64,000 nt of DNA from Epithemia pelagica (Eukaryota > Protista > Bacillariophyta). The position numbers and the translations under genes are program-made. Under the pieces are notes generated by a model that was not told where the DNA came from, did no database searches, and saw only the letters and a list, made by a program, of their open reading frames with translations. Numbering within the stretch: position 1 is the first letter of the stretch; each line of letters starts with the position of its first letter. The stretch covers positions 372,001 through 436,000 of the forward strand of contig OX337242.1 in assembly GCA_946965045.2 (NCBI GenBank), written 5' to 3'. Shown in pieces: positions 32,394-43,369 of this stretch.

Positions 32394-34256
32394 CTATAGT
32401 TCCATGAGACTTCGTGTGGAACCTCCGGAGCAGACATAGAGGTCGTTCATGTGGGCAATCATGGCCGTGGCATCCACAATGGCTCCATTGCGCATCCAGG
32501 GCAAGGAATGGACATCGTGTTCGGTGAGACAAATACCACCCGACCACAAACCACCAACACCACCACCCGTTTGGTGAATGCGTTCCAACATGCTGGTCCG
32601 AGTCGGCATGCGATTGCGCATGTACCATTGATAGGTGAGTTGACGACGTTGCGCCGGGGTCAGCTGCTTTTCTTCACGAGTTTTATTGTCCTGGTGGGTG
32701 TGCTGCTCCTCCATCACCAGCGTTCGACTACTACTACGGTGGTTGGTGATGGACAATTCCGTATTTTCGTTCGTATGCGGGTCCAAATGACTTCCTTGCA
32801 ACACGGCCTTGGCTCGATTCAAACGAGCTCGAAGGGCACGACGTTGCGTCTCCTTCTCGGATGGCTGCGACGAACCAATGGGGGAAGACGTTGTGACAGG
32901 CTTGTGGAGGTATTTTGTCGCAAAGGTCCGCGTGGATGCAACCTCATCCTTGTCTTGGTCCTTGTTGTCGTTGTCCTCTTTCTTGTCTGGGAGAACAGAC
33001 TGAAATGGCTTGGAACCTTGTGCCGGAACCGTCTTGGTTGGTAGCTCGATATCATTGGCATTCGGGTCTTGTGATTGTGGTGGTTCTTGCAACAACGTAC
33101 TACTGCTACTACGGTAGTAGCCATAGGTTCCTCCTCGTTTGACCTTGTTGTTGCTTCGAGTCGTTGTCGTTGTTGTCGTCAAACTGGAGTCCGGCTTGGT
33201 GTTGGTGCTCATTGTCATGGAGTTGGACAATCGAGGCAAGGATCTTTGGCTCAGGTCTGAGACAAGACTACGACTCGCATAGCCCTGGTTCCCTACCACG
33301 ACACTCCGACTGTGCAATGGCGAATGGCTTCGTCGCAAGTCTCCTCCACCACCACTTGTTGGGTTCCTTCCACTCGTCACACTACCCTTGTGGAGCGTTA
33401 ATTCGCGAGACGATTCACAACGAAACACGGCCAAGCGTCCAGGAGACAAGCGTCGACGAGGAGACGATTGTGACACTGTGTTGTTGTTGTTGCTGCTGCT
33501 GGAACCATACAAGGGTCGATTGGAACGGATGGATGGTGCTGGTTGTGGGATGGTGGCGGTCGGCAAGGATTGTTCTCGAATTTTGTAATCCTCCTTGAGA
33601 AACGAGGAATGATCCGAACACGAAGAATCCTCTTCAGTTTCTGTCATGTCTTCGGTGGGATCCTCCTCCTCCTCCTCCTCATCGTCGTCATCGTCTCTTT
33701 TATACAGACCATTCTTCTTTTTCCAGGTGGGGGGTTGGTTGTGATCCGACAACAAGGATGATGACAATGATGACGACGATGACCCGAGCAAGGATCGGGA
33801 GGAAAAGGATCGAATGGGAGTGTAGGGCTCGTTGTTCGGAGAAGAAGTCGTAGTCGTAGTCGAGTTGGAGGTGTTGGTGTGTCGAAAGCTGGCCGATCGA
33901 TCCAAATGATAGCGACCCGAGTGTCGTGCGTTGGTCAATGGTTTGGATCGCGCATTTTCATGACAAAAGAGGGGACGATTGCTCCGTTCGTCTAGCTGGC
34001 TCTTGCGGGAGCTCCCTGGTTGGGTCAAGTGGCCGGTTGGGTTGGTACGATGACCCTTGTACCACCAAACGTCCTGATGCGGATGCTGACGATAATGATG
34101 ATTCTTCTCGGGCTTGTACTCATGGTCCACAAAGGCACCACCCGCCACGGATTTTGGCATTCGTTTGGGACGAGTTGAATGGACATCATTCGTAGTAGAT
34201 GAGGGTAGAGACGTGGCTCGAGAGGGTTGCTGCTCGAAAAGTACCGATGAGACCAT
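32394..34256 (-). CDS. Hypothetical S-rich protein (620 aa) with an unrecognised C-terminal YxWYxRxxMP...DVxxLPW domain
   Basis: ATG-initiated ORF; the domain at 32460-32663 aligns with 39083-39259. Confidence 0.8.
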   Translation of the reverse strand: MVSSVLFEQQPSRATSLPSSTTNDVHSTRPKRMPKSVAGGAFVDHEYKPEKNHHYRQHPHQDVWWYKGHRTNPTGHLTQPGSSRKSQLDERSNRPLFCHENARSKPLTNARHSGRYHLDRSASFRHTNTSNSTTTTTSSPNNEPYTPIRSFSSRSLLGSSSSSLSSSLLSDHNQPPTWKKKNGLYKRDDDDDEEEEEEDPTEDMTETEEDSSCSDHSSFLKEDYKIREQSLPTATIPQPAPSIRSNRPLYGSSSSNNNNTVSQSSPRRRLSPGRLAVFRCESSRELTLHKGSVTSGRNPTSGGGGDLRRSHSPLHSRSVVVGNQGYASRSLVSDLSQRSLPRLSNSMTMSTNTKPDSSLTTTTTTTRSNNKVKRGGTYGYYRSSSSTLLQEPPQSQDPNANDIELPTKTVPAQGSKPFQSVLPDKKEDNDNKDQDKDEVASTRTFATKYLHKPVTTSSPIGSSQPSEKETQRRALRARLNRAKAVLQGSHLDPHTNENTELSITNHRSSSRTLVMEEQHTHQDNKTREEKQLTPAQRRQLTYQWYMRNRMPTRTSMLERIHQTGGGVGGLWSGGICLTEHDVHSLPWMRNGAIVDATAMIAHMNDLYVCSGGSTRSLMEL

Positions 34257-35668
34257 ACTGCTTCTTCTTCTTGTTTCACCTACAAATATGTTCTTGACTC
34301 AGAAAAAGCGTGAATAGTCAAGCAATGGCACGGTGATTCTTTTTGTAAGGCAGATTGAAATGGATGCAATCCAACGGAGAGAGAGAGAGAGAGATAGGAA
34401 ATGAGTTGATGAAAATCGCGTGAGCAAGTGTGCTTGTTATTTTTTATATGGATCAAACAACAACACTACTTTTCGCGTGGCTGAAACTGCATGTCAGGAA
34501 GGAGAGACGACTGTGTTTTGTGTTCTGGTTCGGATGGACTCTTGCTTCTCATTCCGATGCCGACTCTTTTTGGCTCAATCATAGAAGCTCTACGAGTATT
34601 CGTGGAAGTATAGTATTAGGTGGGAATAGGGGAATCGATGACGTGCGTCAGTCTTGGGCAGTCGATCCAATGGCTACCTTCTACGATTGAGAGGACAGTA
34701 AGAGAATCAAAACAAGAAGAAGCACCTAATCCTGAATTCACTGGATGAAAAGGACCGTTGGCATCTAGATGAAGTTGGCCGTTCCTACGAATGGTACAGT
34801 CCCTGTGCTATAGTGTTTCTCGAATATACGGAACGTTTGGTTTCTGCGATTTGAGATGGTGGTGGCTCCAAAAGAGATTCTCGCGTATGTTTGTAGTGTA
34901 CAATCCATAATGAGTTTTGGTAGATCCTTGTACTCAACATAGTGGGCGTGTTCGCCGGGAAGCTTGTTGAGACCGTCGTAAACAGGACATATAGCGTAGT
35001 AGTGTACTATGAGTTACCTACAAAAAAGTCGCCGATTGGTCGCTTGAAAAGAGGAAGCAAGGTTCTCATCAAAACCTGAGATTACCGAAGTCCGTTCGTC
35101 GTCCGATATCAGTCAAGGATGTGTTCTGGGACACTTGCGCCCAATTGGATATGGGACCATCTTCAATAGCCCAATTGAATATCTGAGCAACAACGGACAA
35201 CTCAGTGCTCAAGGCACGACTGAATGATACTTTTGAATTGTGTGTTTTCTGATTTGGAGTCCCATAACGCTTCGTTGTGCTTTGAAATGTTTTCTGGGCT
35301 TAATGAGGACCACACTCCACTTGTCTTGTTGATGTACACAGGAAGGTCATTTCCCATTGTTTCGGGTTGCGCCGATCTCCAACTGTGAAGCGAATAGTAC
35401 TGACGAAGTCTTTGTTGTTTATGGAAACCTCGATGGGCGTCTGTCGCACACTGTATGGTTCTCAGTTGGCCAAGACCTTTTTTTCCTTGCCACATTGTTC
35501 GTGAGTATATTTTACTGCGTTCTTCTGGTTGTTTTGATCCTTGCTGTTCATGTTGTGTTGTTTTTGTTGCTGTGAGTCAACCAATTCTACTACCGAATCT
35601 CGTATTCCAACAACAACAACAAGAGTCGACCGAGTGTATTGTCAGTGTCGATTGAGAACGACGAGATT

Positions 35669-38600
35669 ATGAGTCGAACCAGTCTCTTGACAAAATCCCC
35701 ATCGACGCGAACGGTCGAGTCCAATGATGCGGCGTCCCAACAACAACAGCCACAACCACAACAACGTCCCTCCTCAAAACTTGCGGCTGCCTCCAAAGCC
35801 TCGAGCAACCGCAGTTTATCCAGCAACAACAGCAACAATAGTAGTACGGTCAAACCATTACCACGTGCCAGTGTGACACGCGAGGGGAGCAATCGGAGCC
35901 TGGCCTCGTCCGATTGGGCCACCCCTCGACCTTCCAACAACACCAATTCCAATTCCAACAATCATAGCAGCAATGTCCTGACGTTGGACGATGGAACCGT
36001 GGATACCAATTTGGACAATTCTTCGATTGAAGATTTGGGGGCCTCGTTGGGATCCTTTCGATCGAACACGCGCATCCAAAAGGTCAAATCCTTCAAGGTG
36101 GCCAATACTCACAAGGAAAGCATGGACCACACGGCCGCCGCCAAGCTTCATGCCTCGTGTGGGTCCTTGACGAGCAGCAACAACAACACTCGCAAGGGAC
36201 GAAAACAAGCACGACACTCCTCCTTCCAACACTCGCGGAGCTCGGAATTGCCGGCGTCCAACACCACCAAAAGCAAAGGAGAGTCCAAAAACGAAGACAA
36301 AGATGTTACTGCCCCCCAACGCTCCCCACCCCGTCGATCCAAATCGGAAAAGGCCGAACCCACCCATCAAAAACCCAGCAAACTGGAACAATTGCAAGCC
36401 CATGCGGCAAGCCTTCGTGCCCAAGACAAACAACAAGAAGAGGAAAAAGAAGAAGAAGAAGAGTCTCGTCGCCGTGCCACGGTCAAACGCAGCCAGAGTC
36501 TGCGCAACAACACGAGCAAAGCAACTTCTTCTTCATCTTCTCCAACCACAACCACCAAATCGCGAGCTCGAAGCAAGAGTCCCCATCCCAAAAAGGGGAC
36601 CAGCAAACCAGTCGAAGAAGGAGGCATCACTCCTACTACGAGCACTTCTGCTTCTGTAGCCAGCCGCAGCAAGACACCGTCGACTCGCAGCAAAACACCC
36701 ACGCGCAGCAAGACTCCGTCGACTCGGAGCAAAACTCCCACACGCAGTAAAACACCGTCCACTCGCAGCAAAACACCCACGCGCAGTAAAACGCCCGTGT
36801 CGACTCGCAGTAAAACACCATCGACTCGCAGCAAGACACAGTCCCGCAACAGTAATAGCAGCAAACCAATCAGTAGTGCGGCGAGCATTGTGAGTACCAC
36901 GTCGTCGTCGTCCTCGTCGTCACTCATGGGCAAAAAGATTATCGTGACCACAACCAGTCCAACTCCCACTCTACGCAGCAAAACACCCACCCGGAGCAAA
37001 ACACCCAGCCAAAAAGCTTCCACAGCGTCTCCGGTAGTCTCGTCTACTACTACCAAACGAACCGGTGTCAAACGAAGTGCCAGTCTCAAACCGACTCGAT
37101 CCAGTCCTCTCATGGCGGCCAACAGCATGGCCCTGCGAAGCAAAACGCCCACACGCAACCACAGCGCCGTCCTCAATACTCATAGCAGCACTAAGAGTCC
37201 TCATACACCTTCTTCCCAAACATCTAATTCCACCAAACGCAAATTGGTGGCCACCAAACTCATCATGGTTCCTCGATCACCCGCCACTCCGTCGTCGTCA
37301 ACGACCACAACAGCAACCACCACAGCAGCGTCGTCGTTGCGAAATCCTTCGCCCAGTCCCAAACAACGTGTTGCCACCAAGGTGTTTGTCCTCAAACAAC
37401 GCAACACCAATCCTAGTACTAGTAGTAGTAGTACGACGACGAATACCAACGAGATCAAAGGAACGACGCCAGCGGAGAGTACGAAACCGTCACAGACCAG
37501 CCGGAGTAGCAGCCGAAGCCGAGGCTCGTTGGGCAAATCCAAATCCTGCATGCAATTGCAAGATGCCATGAGCACCACGAGTAGCAGCAGCAATACCAAC
37601 AACACCAATAACAAGACGACACATCCGGGGCCCACGAGTATTTTGAGAAACAAGGGAGAGAAACACACGACCACCGAGTCCTCGTCTCCTACGGCTGCTA
37701 CTCCTACAAATAAGAGCACAACCAACAGCTGTAGTGCCAAAACGAATACTACCACTAGCACCACCACCAAAACTGTGGCATCCTCCAAATCATCCGATAC
37801 CAAGCAATCCACGGAACCAAAAACCACCACGTCTCCTACCAAACCATCCACAACGACACCAACAACAACAGGTACCGCGTCCACACGGCCCAAAATGCCT
37901 CGAAAAAATGAGTCCTCATCCAGTCGAACACTAAACAATAATACCACCAAGGCGCCAACGTCAATACAACCACAAGGAGACAAGACCAACGTGCCCATCA
38001 TCTCCTCCAATGTGTCCAGTCTCAAAACCAAAAATGATGGTGTCCCCAAAACCAAACCAATCAAGGAGATATCAAAACCGGCATTAGTATCGGTATCCTC
38101 CTCGGCTCCCAATACCTCTCGAATGGCATCCACCAAACCGGGTTCCTCATCGGCACAACCACAACAACAACAAGGCGCGACCAAGGCTCCCAAGATGACT
38201 GGTCCATTGAAAGAAACTCCTTCGACAACCACATCTACCACCACCACCACGACGACAAAGGCATCTACCAGCACAAAACCATTGACCGTAGCGTCGGCTA
38301 AATCAACGAAACTCACCAAACCAGCCACGACCATTTCCGCCGTGAACAAACCACCACAAGAAGAGATACCACCGACGCCCACTTCAACTACAAGCACTGC
38401 TGCGTCTCAATCGGAACCCGTCTCGTCCGTTCAGCCTGTGGCTACTACCGAAACACCCGATTCCGACGGGTCCAATCCGAGCAAACAACCAGCAGGAGTT
38501 GTTGACGTGTCTACAACGAATAGTGACCAACAATCACAAGTGGAACCGTCGACTTCGGTCGTACCTAAACAAGAGCAACACGAAGAGCTTTCGACAAGTC

Positions 38601-39286
38601 CAACGGCAATACTACCTGTACAGGCCGACGAGACGAATTCTTCTGCCTCTGCAGTGGCCACCGAGAAATCGACTCATACTGAATCGTCCAAATCCTCCCA
38701 CCAATCGCTTGTGGAACCAGCAACGACTGTCGTCGCTGAAAAAGTCGAGGAAGAACGTCGGTCCGAAGCAATAACAAAGGAAGCCAAGGGATCGAGTACT
38801 GAATCAGGGGCGTCTATATCAGAAACGGCGGAACCTGCAGCGCCTACCAAACAAACGTCTGCAGAAGAAGAAGGGCACACTGTATCCAAGGAACAACCAT
38901 TGGGCACTGTCAGTTCGGAAACGGCACCCCCAAAAGAAGAAGAGGAGGAGGAGGAGAAACCAAACGGTGCAGAGGAACCACCGCAGTCTCCGTCCTCCAA
39001 GCCTTCCGCGGATTCTCCCCCCTTGCCCTTGGCCGCTCCACCCTCTCCTCGCGTCGCGGCCGCACTGTCGTGTTTGCATACCATGAATGAATTGCAACGA
39101 TGTCAACGTGCCTACAATTGGTATGTCCGATGTGGCATGCCGCACAAAAATCGCATGAAGGAACGGGTCAAGGCCGAACCTACCTTGGGATTAACGGCGG
39201 ACGATGTCGATTTGTTGCCCTGGATGGCGGGAGGATACATTGTCGATAGCGCCGCCATGGCACAATTGCAACGATCCGTCATGTAG
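35669..39286 (+). CDS. Large S/T/K/P-rich protein (about 1205 aa) with RSKTP repeats and the same C-terminal YxWYxRxxMP...DVxxLPW domain
   Basis: 3.6-kb ORF 35639-39286; first ATG at 35669. Confidence 0.85.
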   Translation: MSRTSLLTKSPSTRTVESNDAASQQQQPQPQQRPSSKLAAASKASSNRSLSSNNSNNSSTVKPLPRASVTREGSNRSLASSDWATPRPSNNTNSNSNNHSSNVLTLDDGTVDTNLDNSSIEDLGASLGSFRSNTRIQKVKSFKVANTHKESMDHTAAAKLHASCGSLTSSNNNTRKGRKQARHSSFQHSRSSELPASNTTKSKGESKNEDKDVTAPQRSPPRRSKSEKAEPTHQKPSKLEQLQAHAASLRAQDKQQEEEKEEEEESRRRATVKRSQSLRNNTSKATSSSSSPTTTTKSRARSKSPHPKKGTSKPVEEGGITPTTSTSASVASRSKTPSTRSKTPTRSKTPSTRSKTPTRSKTPSTRSKTPTRSKTPVSTRSKTPSTRSKTQSRNSNSSKPISSAASIVSTTSSSSSSSLMGKKIIVTTTSPTPTLRSKTPTRSKTPSQKASTASPVVSSTTTKRTGVKRSASLKPTRSSPLMAANSMALRSKTPTRNHSAVLNTHSSTKSPHTPSSQTSNSTKRKLVATKLIMVPRSPATPSSSTTTTATTTAASSLRNPSPSPKQRVATKVFVLKQRNTNPSTSSSSTTTNTNEIKGTTPAESTKPSQTSRSSSRSRGSLGKSKSCMQLQDAMSTTSSSSNTNNTNNKTTHPGPTSILRNKGEKHTTTESSSPTAATPTNKSTTNSCSAKTNTTTSTTTKTVASSKSSDTKQSTEPKTTTSPTKPSTTTPTTTGTASTRPKMPRKNESSSSRTLNNNTTKAPTSIQPQGDKTNVPIISSNVSSLKTKNDGVPKTKPIKEISKPALVSVSSSAPNTSRMASTKPGSSSAQPQQQQGATKAPKMTGPLKETPSTTTSTTTTTTTKASTSTKPLTVASAKSTKLTKPATTISAVNKPPQEEIPPTPTSTTSTAASQSEPVSSVQPVATTETPDSDGSNPSKQPAGVVDVSTTNSDQQSQVEPSTSVVPKQEQHEELSTSPTAILPVQADETNSSASAVATEKSTHTESSKSSHQSLVEPATTVVAEKVEEERRSEAITKEAKGSSTESGASISETAEPAAPTKQTSAEEEGHTVSKEQPLGTVSSETAPPKEEEEEEEKPNGAEEPPQSPSSKPSADSPPLPLAAPPSPRVAAALSCLHTMNELQRCQRAYNWYVRCGMPHKNRMKERVKAEPTLGLTADDVDLLPWMAGGYIVDSAAMAQLQRSVM
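36665..36843 (+). repeat. Coding repeat of alternating RSKTPST / RSKTPT units, about 9 copies
   Basis: Seen directly in the translation; further copies near 36975-37010 and 37135-37155. Confidence 0.9.
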
Positions 39287-40538
39287 GGAACCATTGAAAG
39301 GAAACCGCAATTTTTTTCTCGAGGGATGTAAATACATTGGAGCAATGTGACAGAGAAAGACACGTCAGGCAAGGGGATGTGTGTGTGACTGTAGATCATG
39401 GCGGCGGCGACAAGTCATTCCGGTCCTGCACTATGGACATGGGGGGAAAAGGATCCAGACACTGGATGACACACTGGATCATCCTTTTGCAGTTTTTGGG
39501 GAACAAGGGGCGAAATTCTCGCAATACAAATCTCTCTATCCAATGTATTAATTGTTGTTGTACCTCTCTCTAATTATTTTTTGTTTCTCATCATGGAGAG
39601 TATTGTAGCGCACTGAAGCATTCCCGTTGCAACAAGTGTTTTCCAATCCACGGAGACTATGCCCTCTTGTGTATGAGGTGTCCTTGGCTGTACGGGGCGT
39701 TGCGGAAGGAGAGCACATGCAGAACATGGGCCACGACGACTGTCGAGAGAGATTTTTTGTGGATAGTAGCAGTCCCATAATTCATTCCATCCCTCCTATT
39801 AGAAGCTCCTACTCCAGGACTTTCTACCTACTAGATAGTTTCATTCCGTTCCCCCAACAGTATTTGAATTATTGGTTTGCACCACTTTTTTGTGTTCTAT
39901 TCGGGTAGCAGCCCGATTCGGTCCATAGTTCATTTTCAGTCCCATTTTGGGAACAGAGAGGGCCACCTGCCCAACGCCTGAGAGTTCTGAGTATTTAAAC
40001 TATGGTAGAGCCTTTTTTCCATAGTAAAATTGCAACCGATGAGAAGTATGGTTTTTCGGAAGAAACCATTGGTCTGTCCCTACCAAGTCCGGTGTCCAAG
40101 CGGGATGACATTGTTCACTGGCAACTTTTCTCCCAACCAATAAACAAGAAGATTCTCGTGATTGGTGTTAGTCCCTGCCAATACCTTGCATACACTCCTG
40201 CTCAGAAGTTCGGTTTCGCAATAGTCCTGTAGGAGAACGTCCTACCAAAACTGAGGTTCGAAAGCGTGCATCTCACGAACCACACCATACAACGGTCCAC
40301 ACTCCATAATATGGCATGCGGGGCCGAAGAAGCGACTATCGCAAACCGCGCAAGACCCAAAGACACAGACCATAAAACTCGAACACACTCAAACTTGTCT
40401 TCATTGATATCAACCTGGTTGTTGGTTGTTGGTTCATTCCATACACCGCCAAACACAAAAGCAAAGCCCATCGTATCCCTGTTACTAGCTAGTGAAGCCC
40501 CTACTACTACCACTCAAGCAAGCATCTAAAACATCATC

Positions 40539-41462
40539 ATGACATCGCGTTCGTCGTCTGCCCGCCAAAGCAACCAACACTTTTTGACCCCGGCCGAACA
40601 ACGTCGGTTGTTAAAGGACTATCCGGGAGGCAAGGGTGTTGTGTTGGTGGGTGGATACGATGGAGATCCCACCGAAGACGTGACCGATTACAGTGAAAGC
40701 AGCAGCAAGATTGTCGAATGTGTCAAACCTACGAAAACCAAGAGCAAGAGCCAGAAACCAACATCGAAATCTTCCTCGTCCTCCAAGACAAAATCTTCTT
40801 CTTCTTCCAAGACCAAATCTTCCCACAAGAAGAAGAAGAACCAGGAAGCCGACCATGACAAGAAGGACGACGACAAGGAGGCGCGTCGTCGCAAACAAGA
40901 AAAAATGTTATCCTGGGCCTCCAAATACGATGCCGTCCAGTCCCCCGTGCCACAAGACATGACACCGGTGCGCTTTACCGCTCGATCTCAGGATTTGTAC
41001 AGTCCCCACGATCCTCATGTCATGGCCGTACAAGAACAATTGAAACGAACCCATGAACAACGCATGGCCCGGGTCCAACAACGCTTGGCCTTGCAACAGG
41101 CCCAGGCCGACCAAGCCGCCGCGGAAAGTCGCAAACGCATGACGGCCTGGAATCATCGGTACGAAACTCTGGATTATGATCAATTGCATGCCAAGACGGT
41201 AGCGCAGGCTCGACGCCAACAAGCGGCCGACGACCAAGTGGCACACCAACACGCCCAAGAACGCGATTCGGCCCGACGCGTGCAACGACAAAAAAGTGCT
41301 CGCACCTTGCAAGAACGACAACACGAACGAGCGCAACGACTCGAACAAGCACGAGAACGAATTCGACAACAACAAGCACAGGAACAACAAGAGGCGGCCG
41401 CACGAGGTAAGGTGATTTTGGAATGGAGCAAACAATACGAAGTCGTTGCCCGAAAGGACTGA
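40539..41462 (+). CDS. Hypothetical protein (307 aa), Q/A/R-rich coiled coil with three WxxxY[DE]x[VL] motifs
   Basis: ATG-initiated ORF; SWASKYDAV, AWNHRYETL and EWSKQYEVV. Confidence 0.75.
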   Translation: MTSRSSSARQSNQHFLTPAEQRRLLKDYPGGKGVVLVGGYDGDPTEDVTDYSESSSKIVECVKPTKTKSKSQKPTSKSSSSSKTKSSSSSKTKSSHKKKKNQEADHDKKDDDKEARRRKQEKMLSWASKYDAVQSPVPQDMTPVRFTARSQDLYSPHDPHVMAVQEQLKRTHEQRMARVQQRLALQQAQADQAAAESRKRMTAWNHRYETLDYDQLHAKTVAQARRQQAADDQVAHQHAQERDSARRVQRQKSARTLQERQHERAQRLEQARERIRQQQAQEQQEAAARGKVILEWSKQYEVVARKD

Positions 41463-41898
41463 GAGCTCTCTGGTGTTTGGTAGTGGTGATTGTTTCCTGC
41501 ATCACATATCATCTTCTCCTGGAAAGATCCTCCTCCTCCTTCTTCTTCTTCTTCTTCTTCTTCGTTCTCTGTGCTCATTTGTCGTTGTTTATTCTTTGTC
41601 TTTTTGGATCCGAGTGCCGCTATCGAGAGAGCGCTCTAGTAGTAATAGTAGTAGAAAAGTTTCGTGTTGAACCTATGATTCTAGGTAGTTCATTGATTGC
41701 ATGGACAGCTTATTCATTCTCCTTGTGGGAGTCCTTCTAGCAAGAAGTTTAAGAGTACTATTCAATATTCCCTAACAAGGATAACTGTCGTATATGGTCT
41801 CTACAATTTTTTCTCTCTCGTTCTGCTCATGGCCATTTCCTCCCGGAGTGTTGGTGTCGTCGTGGAAGTCCCAAGTATACACGATCCTCTTTTTTTGG

Positions 41899-43369
41899 TT
41901 ACGGACATTTCAAACTGTCTCGCGTGTCCATGCCCGTGACGGGATTGGTCCCCTGCGCAGTGGGATGTTGACACAAGTATTTGCGTTGATCGGGACGCAA
42001 ATAGGTTTCACTCCAATCCGATCCCGAAATATCTTTGACGCCTTCAAACAAGGTCGCACCCGAGACGTAGACCTCGTTGAGAATGGCATTTTTCAAATTG
42101 GCTGTACGTATATATGTGTAAGGATGTATGTAGAGAGAGTCATGGAACGAGTGAACATGTATTTATGGAGAGAGCGAGGAGGAATGGAATAACGAGTGAA
42201 CAAGCACAACAACGGAACAAACCGAGACGGAAGAAAGGATACAAGAGTAAATAGGTCGTCGTGAGAGTTTCCCCAAAAGCAATGTTTGGATTTTAGATCC
42301 CAAAAACCGTAGTACTCCTCGTACCTCGATTGAATTGAGCCATTTCGACATTGGCCAAGGTCATGTCCCTGTTCATCATGTTTTATTGCGCAACATAGAG
42401 GATTTATACAGCACACACACACACAGAGGAGAGCGTCAGTACAACCGGAAACACACCCAGAAGAACCCATCACCACACGGAAGAGTTTCTCCCTTCTCCT
42501 CACTCTACTACTATAACAGGCAATTGTACGTACGCATTTTCAAAATTGGATCCATCCAAGGTGGCATCAAAAAAGGAGGCTCCGACCAGCTTGCAATTTT
42601 GAAAATTGGCATCCCGTACAATGGATTGTTGAAAGGCCACACCATTCAAGTCTTGGCCTTGAAAATTGGATCCATCCAAATTGACCCCCCGCGTAATGGC
42701 AATGGTTCGGCCGGATCTAATAGTAAAGAGAAAAAAGACAACGAGAGAGTGAGTGTGTGTGTGAGCATGGGCAAGAAACACACACAAAAGAGACAGAGAA
42801 ACAAGCAAACGACACAGGACGAGTTGAGTATACAAAGATATGCCCCATGCGAAACCGCAAGCGATTGAATCTGACGACAAGCACCACAAATCAAAACAAC
42901 AAGAAACAACCACCACAAACCACAAAAAAACAACAGCAACAACGTACTGGGCGGTTGATGCTCCTCCCGTGGTAATTTTGGCATTGGCACTGGATGTGGC
43001 ACCCAAATCATTGGCGGCCCAACAGGGACTTGTTGTCGTGGATACAACCAGTGCCACCAGTACCATTCCAAGAGTCGCCATCCGGGCCGCCCTGCGGGGC
43101 AGTTGATTCCACCACCCAAACTCGTCTACAAAAAACGACGAAGCACAAGAAACCTCATTGTCATCGGAGTGGCTGTTGCCGGTACTTTGTAGTAGGGTGA
43201 CGCAGGGATTGGGAGGAGTAGGAGCCATTCGCGTGGTAGTAGTACTGGTGGGAATGGTCGTTCTCAATGGCGGTGGAGATGATGGTTGAATCAAGAATCC
43301 CATGGACGTGGAACACACTGACAAGCACCATAACAGAAACAATCCAACACTGGAGTGTCGCGTCATTGA
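41899..43369 (-). CDS. Thylakoid-lumen pentapeptide-repeat protein; 4 exons (43369-42948, 42716-42534, 42368-42325, 42101-41899)
   Basis: Three GT-AG introns with GTAC donors restore one frame: [105 protein letters not shown]...[24 protein letters not shown]. Signal peptide ends SMG-FL, followed by an RR and hydrophobic lumenal signal ending CWA. Confidence 0.9.

Noticed and set aside
36367-38397. Long V/L-rich minus-strand ORFs (269 and 398 aa) that look like membrane proteins
   Set aside because: They are reverse complements of T/S/K-rich coding repeats (ACC/AGC/AAC become GGT/GCT/GTT); the same applies to many similar ORFs opposite the 12-29 kb genes.
35669-39286. Silaffin or cell-wall protein interpretation of the S/K/T-rich proteins
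   Set aside because: There is no N-terminal signal peptide and the repeats are RSKTP rather than KxxK/KSxK silaffin units.
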